Below are positions 7,243-15,620 of a stretch of 21,276 bases of DNA, in pieces. A model generated the notes under the pieces. It worked only from the letters and a program-made list of their open reading frames with translations. It was not told where the DNA came from and made no database searches. Numbering within the stretch: position 1 is the first letter of the stretch; every line of letters starts with the position of its first letter. The stretch spans positions 1 through 21,276 of the forward strand of contig JAYTHY010000120.1 in assembly GCA_043732185.1 (NCBI GenBank), in the 5' to 3' direction. The stretch is from Fibrobacteria bacterium. Its GTDB lineage: Bacteria > Fibrobacterota > Fibrobacteria > UBA11236. The position numbers were made by a program, and so were the translations under genes.

Positions 7243-8391
7243 ATGGGTGAAATGTTTCAATACAAACTTTGGCTACCAATTTTATTGCTTCTGGCAACAG
7301 GGACTCCCTATGCAATGCCGCTACAGTTTTCACCTTTGGAGTCGGAATGCCGGGAGGCGGGCATTGCCTTCACAAATGATGCCCATTTCCTGACTTTAAA
7401 TATGCTCGCGGATGAAGATCGGTACTACACCCAAGGGCTACATTTTTTCTGGGCGGATAGCCCTGGCAAATTATCTGATGCATGGACTCCAATTCGAAAT
7501 CTGGGTGAACACCTCAACGCATCCTTGGTTTCCACCCACATCCGGTTGGGTCAGGAAGTTTTTACGCCCAATGACATTCAAGCTGCACCTCCTCTTATGA
7601 CAGACGATCGTCCTTTTGTTGGTTGGTCTCATCTTGATTTGGGGCAGCGGATCTATTTCAATCAAGGAGGCCATGCGGCCCGATTGCACGTGCAAGTGAA
7701 TCTAGGCTTAGTGGGGCCAGCCTCTTTCGCCGATGTCACGCAAATCGAATTCCATCGCATCCGTCGCCAAACCGCATCGCGTCCGGAATTGGATCCGGAC
7801 CCATCGGCAGGATGGTCAAAACAATTGGGTTCAAAAGGCTTTCCCGGCCAGGCGCAGTTCGTTGTCAATTATGGCTGGTCCATCTTTAGTGAAACGTACA
7901 CGCATAAAATGGGTGGGCCTTCCAAAATTGGAACGGATCCAAAAATTGGAATGGATATAGGCGCGGAATCCGAAGCGGACTTCGGTACGCTATATGGTAA
8001 CATGGGTGTAGCCCTACAACTGCGGGCCGGGCGCATGACGCGCTCCATATATTTTCCGATGCCAAATGGAAACGGGAAAAGTTGGGAGGCGTTTGGATTT
8101 GTGCGTAGTGAAATCAAGGCCGTGGGATGGAATCAAGTATTGACTGGGGGTAACAGCCAGCAGGTTTCGATATCGAATGGGTTGTGGCAGAATGAATTAG
8201 GCGTGGCCTTGCGAGGCGCTTCGCCATTTCCAGAAATCTCGCTGACAGGATCGCTGTGGAGCCGTGAAACCAATTCCAATCCGATTCAGCCCTTCCAGCC
8301 CGGCCATACGGACTATCGCCCCGAACTGCAAGCGCGGTCACGGTGGATGGATCATGGATTCGGCACGGTGCGGCTGGCCTGGTTTTGGTAG
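7243..8391 (+). CDS. lpxR: Lipid A 3'-O-deacylase LpxR family outer-membrane protein (DUF2219)
   Basis: Signal peptide. Family motifs TND, DRYYTQG, LGQEVFTPNDI, DRPFVGW, LGLVGPASFADVTQIEFH and GWSKQL. Aromatic beta-signal C-terminus FGTVRLAWFW. The start could be 7252. Confidence 0.8.
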   Translation: MGEMFQYKLWLPILLLLATGTPYAMPLQFSPLESECREAGIAFTNDAHFLTLNMLADEDRYYTQGLHFFWADSPGKLSDAWTPIRNLGEHLNASLVSTHIRLGQEVFTPNDIQAAPPLMTDDRPFVGWSHLDLGQRIYFNQGGHAARLHVQVNLGLVGPASFADVTQIEFHRIRRQTASRPELDPDPSAGWSKQLGSKGFPGQAQFVVNYGWSIFSETYTHKMGGPSKIGTDPKIGMDIGAESEADFGTLYGNMGVALQLRAGRMTRSIYFPMPNGNGKSWEAFGFVRSEIKAVGWNQVLTGGNSQQVSISNGLWQNELGVALRGASPFPEISLTGSLWSRETNSNPIQPFQPGHTDYRPELQARSRWMDHGFGTVRLAWFW

Positions 8392-8428
8392 GTGTTTTGG
8401 TAATACATAAATGGAGGCAGGTGCTGGA

Positions 8429-9214
8429 ATGAAAGAGTTAAGACTGTTCCAAGTGGATGCATTTACCAAAAACCTATTCACTGGAAATCCCGCTGCAGTA
8501 TGTCCTTTAGACAAATGGCTATCCGATGAATTGATGCAAAAAATCGCCATGGAAAATAATTTATCCGAAACGGCATTTTTTGTTCCGACTCCTACTGGGT
8601 TTCATCTGCGTTGGTTTACCCCAATCCAAGAGGTCCACCTTTGCGGTCATGCGACGCTTGCGGCCGCCCACGTATTGTTTGAGAGTCTTGGGTATTCAAA
8701 ATCGACTATCGAATTCCAAACATTAAGCGGGGTGCTGACAGTTTCTAAAAAATCCCAGCTATTGGAAATGGATTTTCCATCCCAAGAGCTCGTGCCTGTG
8801 GATGCGCCAGCGACTCTTTTGGAAGCCTTCGACATGCCTTCCGGAAAATGCTTGAAGGGCATGGATTATGTTTTGATTCTAGAAACCGAACAGCACGTTC
8901 AAGCCGCCAAACCCAAAATGGATAAACTATGTGCTTTGGAGCTGCGTGGTGTCGCAATAACTTCACTGGGAAATAAGTGTGATTACGTCTGCCGTTTCTT
9001 TGCTCCAAAATTTGGCATTCCGGAAGATCCCGTCACAGGTTCGCTGCAAACGGTATTGGCTCCGTACTGGGCAAGCATACTCGGTAAAAATGAATTGCAG
9101 GCCAGGCAAATATCGGCTCGTGGAGGTGCATTCCATTTAAAAATTGCGGGCGATAGAATATTGATTTCCGGGGAGGCAAAACTATACCTGGATGGAAAAA
9201 TTTACATCTCTTAA
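8429..9214 (+). CDS. PhzF-family (YddE-like) isomerase/epimerase
   Basis: Motifs QVDAFT..FTGNPAAV, ENNLSETAF, LRWFTP..EVHLCGHATLA, RFFAPKFGIPEDPVTGS and QISARGG. GGAGG RBS at 8413-8417 supports ATG 8429. Confidence 0.92.
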   Translation: MKELRLFQVDAFTKNLFTGNPAAVCPLDKWLSDELMQKIAMENNLSETAFFVPTPTGFHLRWFTPIQEVHLCGHATLAAAHVLFESLGYSKSTIEFQTLSGVLTVSKKSQLLEMDFPSQELVPVDAPATLLEAFDMPSGKCLKGMDYVLILETEQHVQAAKPKMDKLCALELRGVAITSLGNKCDYVCRFFAPKFGIPEDPVTGSLQTVLAPYWASILGKNELQARQISARGGAFHLKIAGDRILISGEAKLYLDGKIYIS

Positions 9215-9262
9215 CTCAAGATCCTGCTTCACCCCCTTGCGTTTGAGTACGTAAAGTGGTAC

Positions 9263-10087
9263 ATGTTGAGAATGGCTTTGGATCCTCGCCACATTCTGAC
9301 TATCCGTGCTTTTCAAATAGCCGAAGCCATCGATATCAAACGATGTCGAGTCGATTTCCCCGGGGAGCTGGTAGCCTCGGCCCCACAAGAGCTTTTTTTC
9401 CGACGCAAAGCCTCGCCAGAGGATGGCAACGGCGAGCGGGAGCAAGGTTATCTCTATATCTTGGATTATGGCGTGGTGATATTTGCCGGGTATGGGGAAT
9501 TGGAAATGGATGCCTTGATCAAAAAGCTGCAGGCTTTTTGCATTGGCACTTTGGACAAGCGCATGGGTGAGGATTTTCGTGTGCATGCGGATGTGAGTGA
9601 GCTCGTTTTTGGATACAATGATATCCATGTACCGGCTTTCAATGAGGATGTTCTGCGCATCGTCATGTTATATGTGGGTCAATCCGCCGCGCTCGATCAT
9701 TACGAACTGCTGGTCAACCGCATGCTCGTTGAATCCGGAAAATTCAGTCATGAATTGGCGGAATATGGAAGGCTAAAAACTTCACGGCGCAATGTGCAAC
9801 GGTTTATCGGTCGGACGCTCACGGTGCGCAATCGGATGGTCGACAATTTGTATATCATGGACGCCCCGGATATTACTTGGGAGAATGAATATCTGGACAA
9901 AGTGGATCGCGGCATGAAAAAAACCTTCGACATTTTTGAACGATTTCGTTCCCTGGACTTCCAGCTTCGGGAAATAAAAGAGAATCTGGAGCTCTTCGCC
10001 GAACTGCTTCAGTTCCGGCAAAGCAATATGTTGGAGTGGATCATCATCGCCTTGATCTTTATCGAAATCGTGAACCTGTTTCGGTAG
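9263..10087 (+). CDS. RMD1/DUF155 (YagE-like) family protein
   Basis: Motifs AFQIAEAIDIK, YILDYGVVIF, GQSAALDHYE and DAPDITWENEYLD..FDIFERF, plus the C-terminal TM segment LEWIIIALIFIEI characteristic of DUF155. Confidence 0.88.
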   Translation: MLRMALDPRHILTIRAFQIAEAIDIKRCRVDFPGELVASAPQELFFRRKASPEDGNGEREQGYLYILDYGVVIFAGYGELEMDALIKKLQAFCIGTLDKRMGEDFRVHADVSELVFGYNDIHVPAFNEDVLRIVMLYVGQSAALDHYELLVNRMLVESGKFSHELAEYGRLKTSRRNVQRFIGRTLTVRNRMVDNLYIMDAPDITWENEYLDKVDRGMKKTFDIFERFRSLDFQLREIKENLELFAELLQFRQSNMLEWIIIALIFIEIVNLFR

Positions 10088-10231
10088 GGATGCTTCCAAT
10101 CTGAGACAAAAATGCGGTTTGGTGGGCGCCAGATGGGGGAATTGGTTATTTAATCGCATTTTTTGGGCAATTTTACCGTTAAGGTGCTAAAATATTGCCG
10201 ATGTAGATCATCCTGTGAAGGTTTGTTCAGA

Positions 10232-11980
10232 ATGTTGGAAAGTAAGCATCCAAAGGAACAGGACAGTCATGAGGCATCGCTCAGGCGCATTGCCGAGCTT
10301 GAAGCCATGGTCACCCAGTTGCAACAATCCATTGCATTGGTGGGCGCACCGCTTCCCGCCCGTGAAGCACTGCTTGCGGAAGTGGAAAAATCTGTACACC
10401 TCGGCAGTTGGTTTTTGAATCTCAAAACCAATGAAGTGCTCTGGTCAGAAGAATTGTTCCGAATTCTCGGTATGGATCCGGCTACCGAAACAGCTTCCGT
10501 CGAAAAATTTTTTAACGCATTGCATCCGGATGACTCACAATACGCGATCAGAAATATGGAAATCTTGGTCCAAACACATAGGCTTGTGCCCAGCGAGCTT
10601 AGAATTGTCTGGAAAGACGGAACCGTGCGTGAGGTGATTACCAGTGGAGCCGTTATATTAGGCGCTAATGGCGAAGTTGAGCGTGTAGTGGGTACGGTTA
10701 TGGATTTGACCGAATCCCGCCGGGCGGATCGCGAAAGAAAACAAATGGAAAGCCAGCTCCGCCAATCCCAAAAAATGGAAGTGGTAGGACGCATGGCGGC
10801 CGGCGTCGCGCACGACTTCAACAACCTTTTGACCATCATAGCCGGAAACGCCGATCTCATGCTGGAGGAAGTTAAGGACGAACGACTTCGCCGCATCATG
10901 GATGCTGCCGAGGTAGGTGCTACCGTGACGCGGCAGTTATTGGCCTTTAGCCGCCAAACGGTGGTCAAACTTATTCCTTTGGACCTCAAAGCTTCGGTAC
11001 GTGATTTGGTTCGATTGTTAGGTCGGCTCCTAGGTGAAGACATTCAAATCCGTTTGGACTTGGGTACGGAGCCTGCCGTAATACTTGCGGATCCGGCCCA
11101 GATCCAACAAATATTACTCAATCTGGCCATCAATGCCCGTGATGCGATGCCAACCGGGGGAGAGTTGTTTTTTTCCGCGGACGAATCCTTCGGTCCCCCT
11201 TCCACGGAAGACCCACCCGGTGAAGGCAGGGGGTCCAGCATGTCCAGGCGTTGGGTGGAATTGTCCGTTAAGGATACGGGGAAAGGCATGGACGCCAATA
11301 CACGTGAACGGGCCTTTGAACCGTTCTTCACCACCAAGGAAATTGGTAAAGGCACTGGTTTGGGATTGTCGACCGTGCAGGATATCGTCTCCCAGTTTTC
11401 TGGAACCATCCATATCGCTTCTCAAACGGGTTTTGGAACCAAAGTAACCGTGAGGTTTCCCTATCATACTGAACCTATGGCCAAATCCGTGGTCGTCAAT
11501 GAGGAGGCTGCGCAGAAGGGTTCAGAGTCGATTCTGCTCGTGGAGGACAACACAGATCTCCGCGAGCTCATCGCCACTTTTTTAGCGTCCGCTGGTTATC
11601 GAGTGCTGTCTGTGGGCCGTCCAAGCGAAGCAGAAGCACTCTGGAATACCGAAGGTGAAACGATTAACCTGCTGGTATCGGATATGGTCATGCCGGAAAA
11701 ATCCGGAATGGAATTGGCCAAAAGTTTGGCTGGTCGTAAACCAGGGCTCCGAATACTGCTTATTTCCGGGAATGCACCGAGCCAGAACCAGTTGGGAGAC
11801 GCCGCGTTCCTCCAAAAACCATTTACCCGTAACGAGCTGCTCATTGTCGTTCGCAAAGCTTGCGATGGCATGCCCACTCGCTTCGGGCCACCCAAGGGAA
11901 TCGAGGCGCGAAGCAAGCCAAGACCCAAACTGTCGCCCTTTCTGTTTGGACCTTCTTCAGATTCCCCTCAAGTTCAGTAA
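10232..11980 (+). CDS. Cytoplasmic hybrid sensor kinase PAS-HisKA-HATPase-REC (CckA-like, ~582 aa)
   Basis: PAS/PAC (GSW..N...WSEELFRILG...LHPDD). H-box AGVAHDFNNLL, N-box LLNLAINARDAM, G1 DTGKGM, F FEPFFTTK, G2 GTGLGL. Receiver ILLVEDN...SDMVMP...ISG...LQKPF. No TM helix. Start may be upstream (TTG 10163). Confidence 0.93.
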   Translation: MLESKHPKEQDSHEASLRRIAELEAMVTQLQQSIALVGAPLPAREALLAEVEKSVHLGSWFLNLKTNEVLWSEELFRILGMDPATETASVEKFFNALHPDDSQYAIRNMEILVQTHRLVPSELRIVWKDGTVREVITSGAVILGANGEVERVVGTVMDLTESRRADRERKQMESQLRQSQKMEVVGRMAAGVAHDFNNLLTIIAGNADLMLEEVKDERLRRIMDAAEVGATVTRQLLAFSRQTVVKLIPLDLKASVRDLVRLLGRLLGEDIQIRLDLGTEPAVILADPAQIQQILLNLAINARDAMPTGGELFFSADESFGPPSTEDPPGEGRGSSMSRRWVELSVKDTGKGMDANTRERAFEPFFTTKEIGKGTGLGLSTVQDIVSQFSGTIHIASQTGFGTKVTVRFPYHTEPMAKSVVVNEEAAQKGSESILLVEDNTDLRELIATFLASAGYRVLSVGRPSEAEALWNTEGETINLLVSDMVMPEKSGMELAKSLAGRKPGLRILLISGNAPSQNQLGDAAFLQKPFTRNELLIVVRKACDGMPTRFGPPKGIEARSKPRPKLSPFLFGPSSDSPQVQ

Positions 11981-11993
11981 CGCATACGTTTTC

Positions 11994-12022
11994 TTGCCGG
12001 TAACTTTCCATTTTCCTAGGTT
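11994..12022 (+). promoter_or_regulatory. Putative sigma70-type promoter of the nuo operon
   Basis: TTGCCG (11994-11999)-17 nt-TAGGTT (12017-12022) in the AT-rich gap before nuoA. An alternative -10 is TAAAAT at 12023-12028. Confidence 0.45.
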
Positions 12023-12100
12023 TAAAATTGAAAAAAGACCAAAAATCACCTCAGTTCCGGTTTGGCCTCCAGTTCCTTTCCGGTCGAAGTGGAGCCTGCT

Positions 12101-12463
12101 TTGTTGAGTGAGTACGTGTCCTTTATCCTCTATGGATGCTTAGTCGTTTTTGTAGGCGTCGCAGCCATCACCTTGTCTTCCCTGCTTGGCCCGCGTAAGG
12201 TTTACAGCAAGGCCAAGTTCGAACCCTATGAATGCGGTGTTGACCAAGTCGACAATCCCCACAAACCCTTTGCGCTGAAATTCTATTCCTTCGCCCTCCT
12301 ATTCATACTTTTCGATATTGAAACCATTTTCCTTTTGCCCTGGGCCATGGGATTCAAGCATCTGCTGCATACCGGGGCCTTACCGGCGGTGCTGTTCTTC
12401 CTGGCCATTTTGGGGCTGGGCCTTTTCTACATCATCAGGACAAAGGCTCTGGAATGGGAATAA
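12101..12463 (+). CDS. nuoA: NADH-quinone oxidoreductase subunit A
   Basis: KFEPYECG loop, [22 protein letters not shown] and ALEWE C-terminus. TTG 12101 is preceded by GGAG (12091-12094). Confidence 0.95.
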   Translation: MLSEYVSFILYGCLVVFVGVAAITLSSLLGPRKVYSKAKFEPYECGVDQVDNPHKPFALKFYSFALLFILFDIETIFLLPWAMGFKHLLHTGALPAVLFFLAILGLGLFYIIRTKALEWE

Positions 12464-13044
12464 GCGGTTCGAACAACGATTATACGACCACGACCTTGGA
12501 CGCCGCCGTGAACTGGGCGCGCGCCAATAGTCTTTGGCCGATGCCTTTTGGGGTTGCGTGCTGCGCTATCGAGATGATGGCCGCTTTCATGGCGAAATAC
12601 GATACAGCCCGATTTGGATCCGAGGTCATGAAATTCAGTCCCCGCCAATCGGACTTGCTCATTGTATCCGGACGCATCTCCATAAAAATGATGCCGGTAT
12701 TGCAGCGCATCTGGGAGCAGATGCCTGAGCCCAAATGGTGCATTTCGATGGGCGCCTGCGCCAGTTCCGGTGGAGTTTTCGACACCTATACTTTAATCCA
12801 AGGCATCGATCAATTTATTCCCGTGGATGCGTACATTCCCGGTTGCCCACCACGACCGGAAGGCTTTCTGGATGCGCTCATGTTGGTGCAAGAGAAAGCC
12901 AAACGCGGACAAGCCAAATCGCAGGAGTTCGTTTCCACCGATGCCAGTTCCGATCCCTCCGGTTCCGTTGCGTATCGAAGCCCGGACAAGAACTACCGCC
13001 ATGGCGTAGACCATAGCAAGCCGGAATCCGGAAAACAGGCATGA
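12454..13044 (+). CDS. nuoB: NADH-quinone oxidoreductase subunit B
   Basis: [43 protein letters not shown] and [10 protein letters not shown] (cluster N2 ligands). Confidence 0.97.
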   Translation: MGISGSNNDYTTTTLDAAVNWARANSLWPMPFGVACCAIEMMAAFMAKYDTARFGSEVMKFSPRQSDLLIVSGRISIKMMPVLQRIWEQMPEPKWCISMGACASSGGVFDTYTLIQGIDQFIPVDAYIPGCPPRPEGFLDALMLVQEKAKRGQAKSQEFVSTDASSDPSGSVAYRSPDKNYRHGVDHSKPESGKQA

Positions 13045-13589
13045 TCGTTTATAAGCCGGAAAATCATCTCCAAGTTATCGCCAAGGTAGAGGCCTTTGCC
13101 GGGGAGCGCTTGCTCGGCCGCGAAGAAAAATCCCATTATCATCAACTTCGCGCATACGGTACCCACGCTCACGATATGCTGCGTTTTTTGAAAGAGGATG
13201 CCGCCCTCGGCTTCACGCTGTTCATTGACCTTGCAGGCGTCGACTATCTTCGCTATCCAATCGCCCAACCGGAGAGGTTCGCGGTGGTTTACACCCTGTG
13301 TTCACCCACATTGGGCGTCAAGGTGCAGGTCAAAGCTTTTGTTTCCGATTCCGAGCCGCGTATCGCGTCAGTTACTGATCTTTTTGCTGGCGCCAACTGG
13401 ACGGAACGGGAAGTGTGGGACCTCTATGGAATCGAATTCCCCGGGCACCCGGATCTCAAACGGATTCTAATGCCCGATGATTACGACGGCCATCCCTTGC
13501 GCAAGGACTACCCTTTACGCGGCCGCGGGGAACGTGGCAACTTCCCCGTGTACCATGCGACGGAAACCAAGCCCAAGGGAGACTCTTAA
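13041..13589 (+). CDS. nuoC: NADH-quinone oxidoreductase subunit C
   Basis: RFAVVYTL and [45 protein letters not shown] overlap with nuoB. Confidence 0.96.
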   Translation: MIVYKPENHLQVIAKVEAFAGERLLGREEKSHYHQLRAYGTHAHDMLRFLKEDAALGFTLFIDLAGVDYLRYPIAQPERFAVVYTLCSPTLGVKVQVKAFVSDSEPRIASVTDLFAGANWTEREVWDLYGIEFPGHPDLKRILMPDDYDGHPLRKDYPLRGRGERGNFPVYHATETKPKGDS

Positions 13590-13590
13590 G

Positions 13591-14802
13591 ATGTACGCCT
13601 ATGATCAGGAAATCGTAGAGCGGGAAGAGAACACCGTTCACATGAACGTCGGACCGTCGCATCCTGCCATGCATGGGACGCTTCGCATCAAGCTGGAAGT
13701 CAAGGGCGAACGCATTGTAAATGCGGAGCAGGAAATCGGATTTCTGCATACCGGTTTTGAAAAGCTGGGTGAATATCGGAGCTACAACCAGTTCATCACC
13801 TTGACGGACAGGCTTAATTATTTTTCGCCGCTGTCCAACAATATCGGCTTCGCGTTGGCCTCGGAAGAGCTATTGGGCATTCAAACCCCCAGGCGTTGCC
13901 AGGTCATTCGCACCTTATTGGCAGAGCTCTCGCGGCTCGCCGACCACAGTCTTTCCGTCGGGGCCATGACCATGGACCTTGGTGCTTTCAGTTCCATCCT
14001 TTGGACCTTCATTGAACGCGAAAAACTTTATGATGTTTTCGAAGCCGTGACCGGTACCCGGCTCACCACCAGCTACACGCGTGTCGGCGGACTGGCATTT
14101 GACCTGCCGGCAGACTTTGAAAAACGCGTACTCGCCATTCTCGATACGATGAGCGAAACCCTGGATAAGCTGCGCGATAGCTTCTACAAGAACCGCATCT
14201 TTCTCGACCGCGTGGAAGGCATTGGCATCATCACCAAAGAGGAAGCCTTATCCTACGGTCTGACCGGGCCCATGGCGCGCGCCTCCGGCGTTCCCTACGA
14301 TTTGCGCAAGTTTCGTCCCTACCTTGTTTATAATGAATTGAAATTTGAAACTCCGGTTTATACCGAAGGCGACACCCTGGCCCGTTATAAGATTCGCATC
14401 GATGAAATGGTCCAGAGCATTGCCATTATTCGCCAAGCGCTTAAACTGCTTGAACCCGGCCCCATCAATTACGAGGATCAGAAGCGTACCTTGCCGGATA
14501 AGACCTCAACCTATACGGATATGGAATCGCTCATCCACCACTTTAAACTGGTGATGCCCGGTGCCGACCACGGCATCCATTGCCCCGTTACCGATATCTA
14601 CTCGGCAACGGAAGTCCCCAATGGAGAATTGGGCTTTCATCTGGTTTCCGATGGCACGTCGACTCCATACCGGGTGCGCATCCGGCCACCCTCCTTCATC
14701 AACTACCCCATTTTCAGCAAGCTGCTCAAAGGCGTGATGATGGCGGACATGGTCGCCATGCTCGCATCCTTCAACATCATTGCCGGGGAGCTGGACAGGT
14801 GA
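13591..14802 (+). CDS. nuoD: NADH-quinone oxidoreductase subunit D
   Basis: NVGPSHPAMHGTLR, IGFLHTGFEK, EVPNGELG, RIRPPSF and GELDR C-terminus. ATG 13591 lies 1 nt after the nuoC stop. Confidence 0.97.
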   Translation: MYAYDQEIVEREENTVHMNVGPSHPAMHGTLRIKLEVKGERIVNAEQEIGFLHTGFEKLGEYRSYNQFITLTDRLNYFSPLSNNIGFALASEELLGIQTPRRCQVIRTLLAELSRLADHSLSVGAMTMDLGAFSSILWTFIEREKLYDVFEAVTGTRLTTSYTRVGGLAFDLPADFEKRVLAILDTMSETLDKLRDSFYKNRIFLDRVEGIGIITKEEALSYGLTGPMARASGVPYDLRKFRPYLVYNELKFETPVYTEGDTLARYKIRIDEMVQSIAIIRQALKLLEPGPINYEDQKRTLPDKTSTYTDMESLIHHFKLVMPGADHGIHCPVTDIYSATEVPNGELGFHLVSDGTSTPYRVRIRPPSFINYPIFSKLLKGVMMADMVAMLASFNIIAGELDR

Positions 14803-15620
14803 GTCAAAATATTGGGAGCACAAAGATTCTGAAAGAATTGTCGCCAGACAGGATGCGGCAGTTTCACGACTACGCCGAAGAATATCCGAACAAGCGTTCG
14901 GCGCTGATGATGGTGCTGCGTCTGGCCGAAGAGGAATTTGGTTCGATTACCGATGAAGCTATGGAAATCGTCGCCGGGCTATGCAATGTCAACGTCTCGC
15001 ATGTGCAAGGCATGGTCACTTTTTACACCCATTTTAAGCGGCCCTTTCACGGCAAGCACCGTTTCATGGTGTGCGCCACGCTGATGTGCGCGCTTGAAAA
15101 CAATACCAGTCAGGCACTGAAACAAATCAAGGATCGTCTCGGCATTGGGCCCGGACAAATCACTGCTGATGGGTTGTTCTCCTGCGAAAAAGTGGAATGT
15201 TTGGCCGATTGCGACAAGCCGCCGGTGGTGCAATGCGATAGCGAGCATTTCTGTTCCATGAAGGGCCCGGCCCTCGATGCCTACATGGACAAATTGATCC
15301 AGGCTGCCGGCAAATCCGTGGAAGAGTATCAGGACAAGGCCCCGGTTGATATGGACGCGCGCGTCCCGACGCTCCCTTCCCATTATGATTTCGTAGGTGA
15401 AGCCGCTTTGACCACTCATGTGCCCGGCCCCTTGGCCAACCCTTTCTCAGTTCCCGTTGCTGATGGAGTGACCGGATCCGGAAAACCCTATAGCGCTAGC
15501 ACGACTGTCGCAAACGGCCATTCCGCTGATTCGGCTGGAAGCGCTTCAATTGCAAATGGTGCCAATGGTGCCAATGGTGCAAATCCCGCTAACGCCAGAA
15601 ATGGAGTGCGACATGGCTGA
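14799..15620 (+). CDS. nuoE: NADH-quinone oxidoreductase subunit E with long C-terminal extension (273 aa)
   Basis: GTG 14799 overlaps the nuoD stop (GTGA). YPNKRSAL, VTFYTHF, and [2Fe-2S] ligands CATLMC and ECLADC. Confidence 0.93.
   Translation: MSQNIGSTKILKELSPDRMRQFHDYAEEYPNKRSALMMVLRLAEEEFGSITDEAMEIVAGLCNVNVSHVQGMVTFYTHFKRPFHGKHRFMVCATLMCALENNTSQALKQIKDRLGIGPGQITADGLFSCEKVECLADCDKPPVVQCDSEHFCSMKGPALDAYMDKLIQAAGKSVEEYQDKAPVDMDARVPTLPSHYDFVGEAALTTHVPGPLANPFSVPVADGVTGSGKPYSASTTVANGHSADSAGSASIANGANGANGANPANARNGVRHG
15552..15587 (+). repeat. In-frame 9-bp tandem repeat encoding ANG-ANG-ANG-ANP
   Basis: GCAAATGGT GCCAATGGT GCCAATGGT GCAAATCCC near the 3' end of nuoE. Confidence 0.85.

Noticed and set aside
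3625..7247. 13-bp direct repeat CAATTGCAATGGG at 3625-3637 and 7235-7247
   Set aside because: A few 13-mer matches are expected by chance in 21 kb, and no integrase or other boundary evidence supports an att or target-site duplication.
8429..9214. Phenazine biosynthesis cluster
   Set aside because: Only a stand-alone PhzF-family gene is present, with no phzA/B/D/E/G. Such homologs are widespread.
15552..15587. CRISPR-like or phase-variation repeat
   Set aside because: It is a short in-frame 9-bp coding repeat with no spacers, and copy-number change would not shift the frame.
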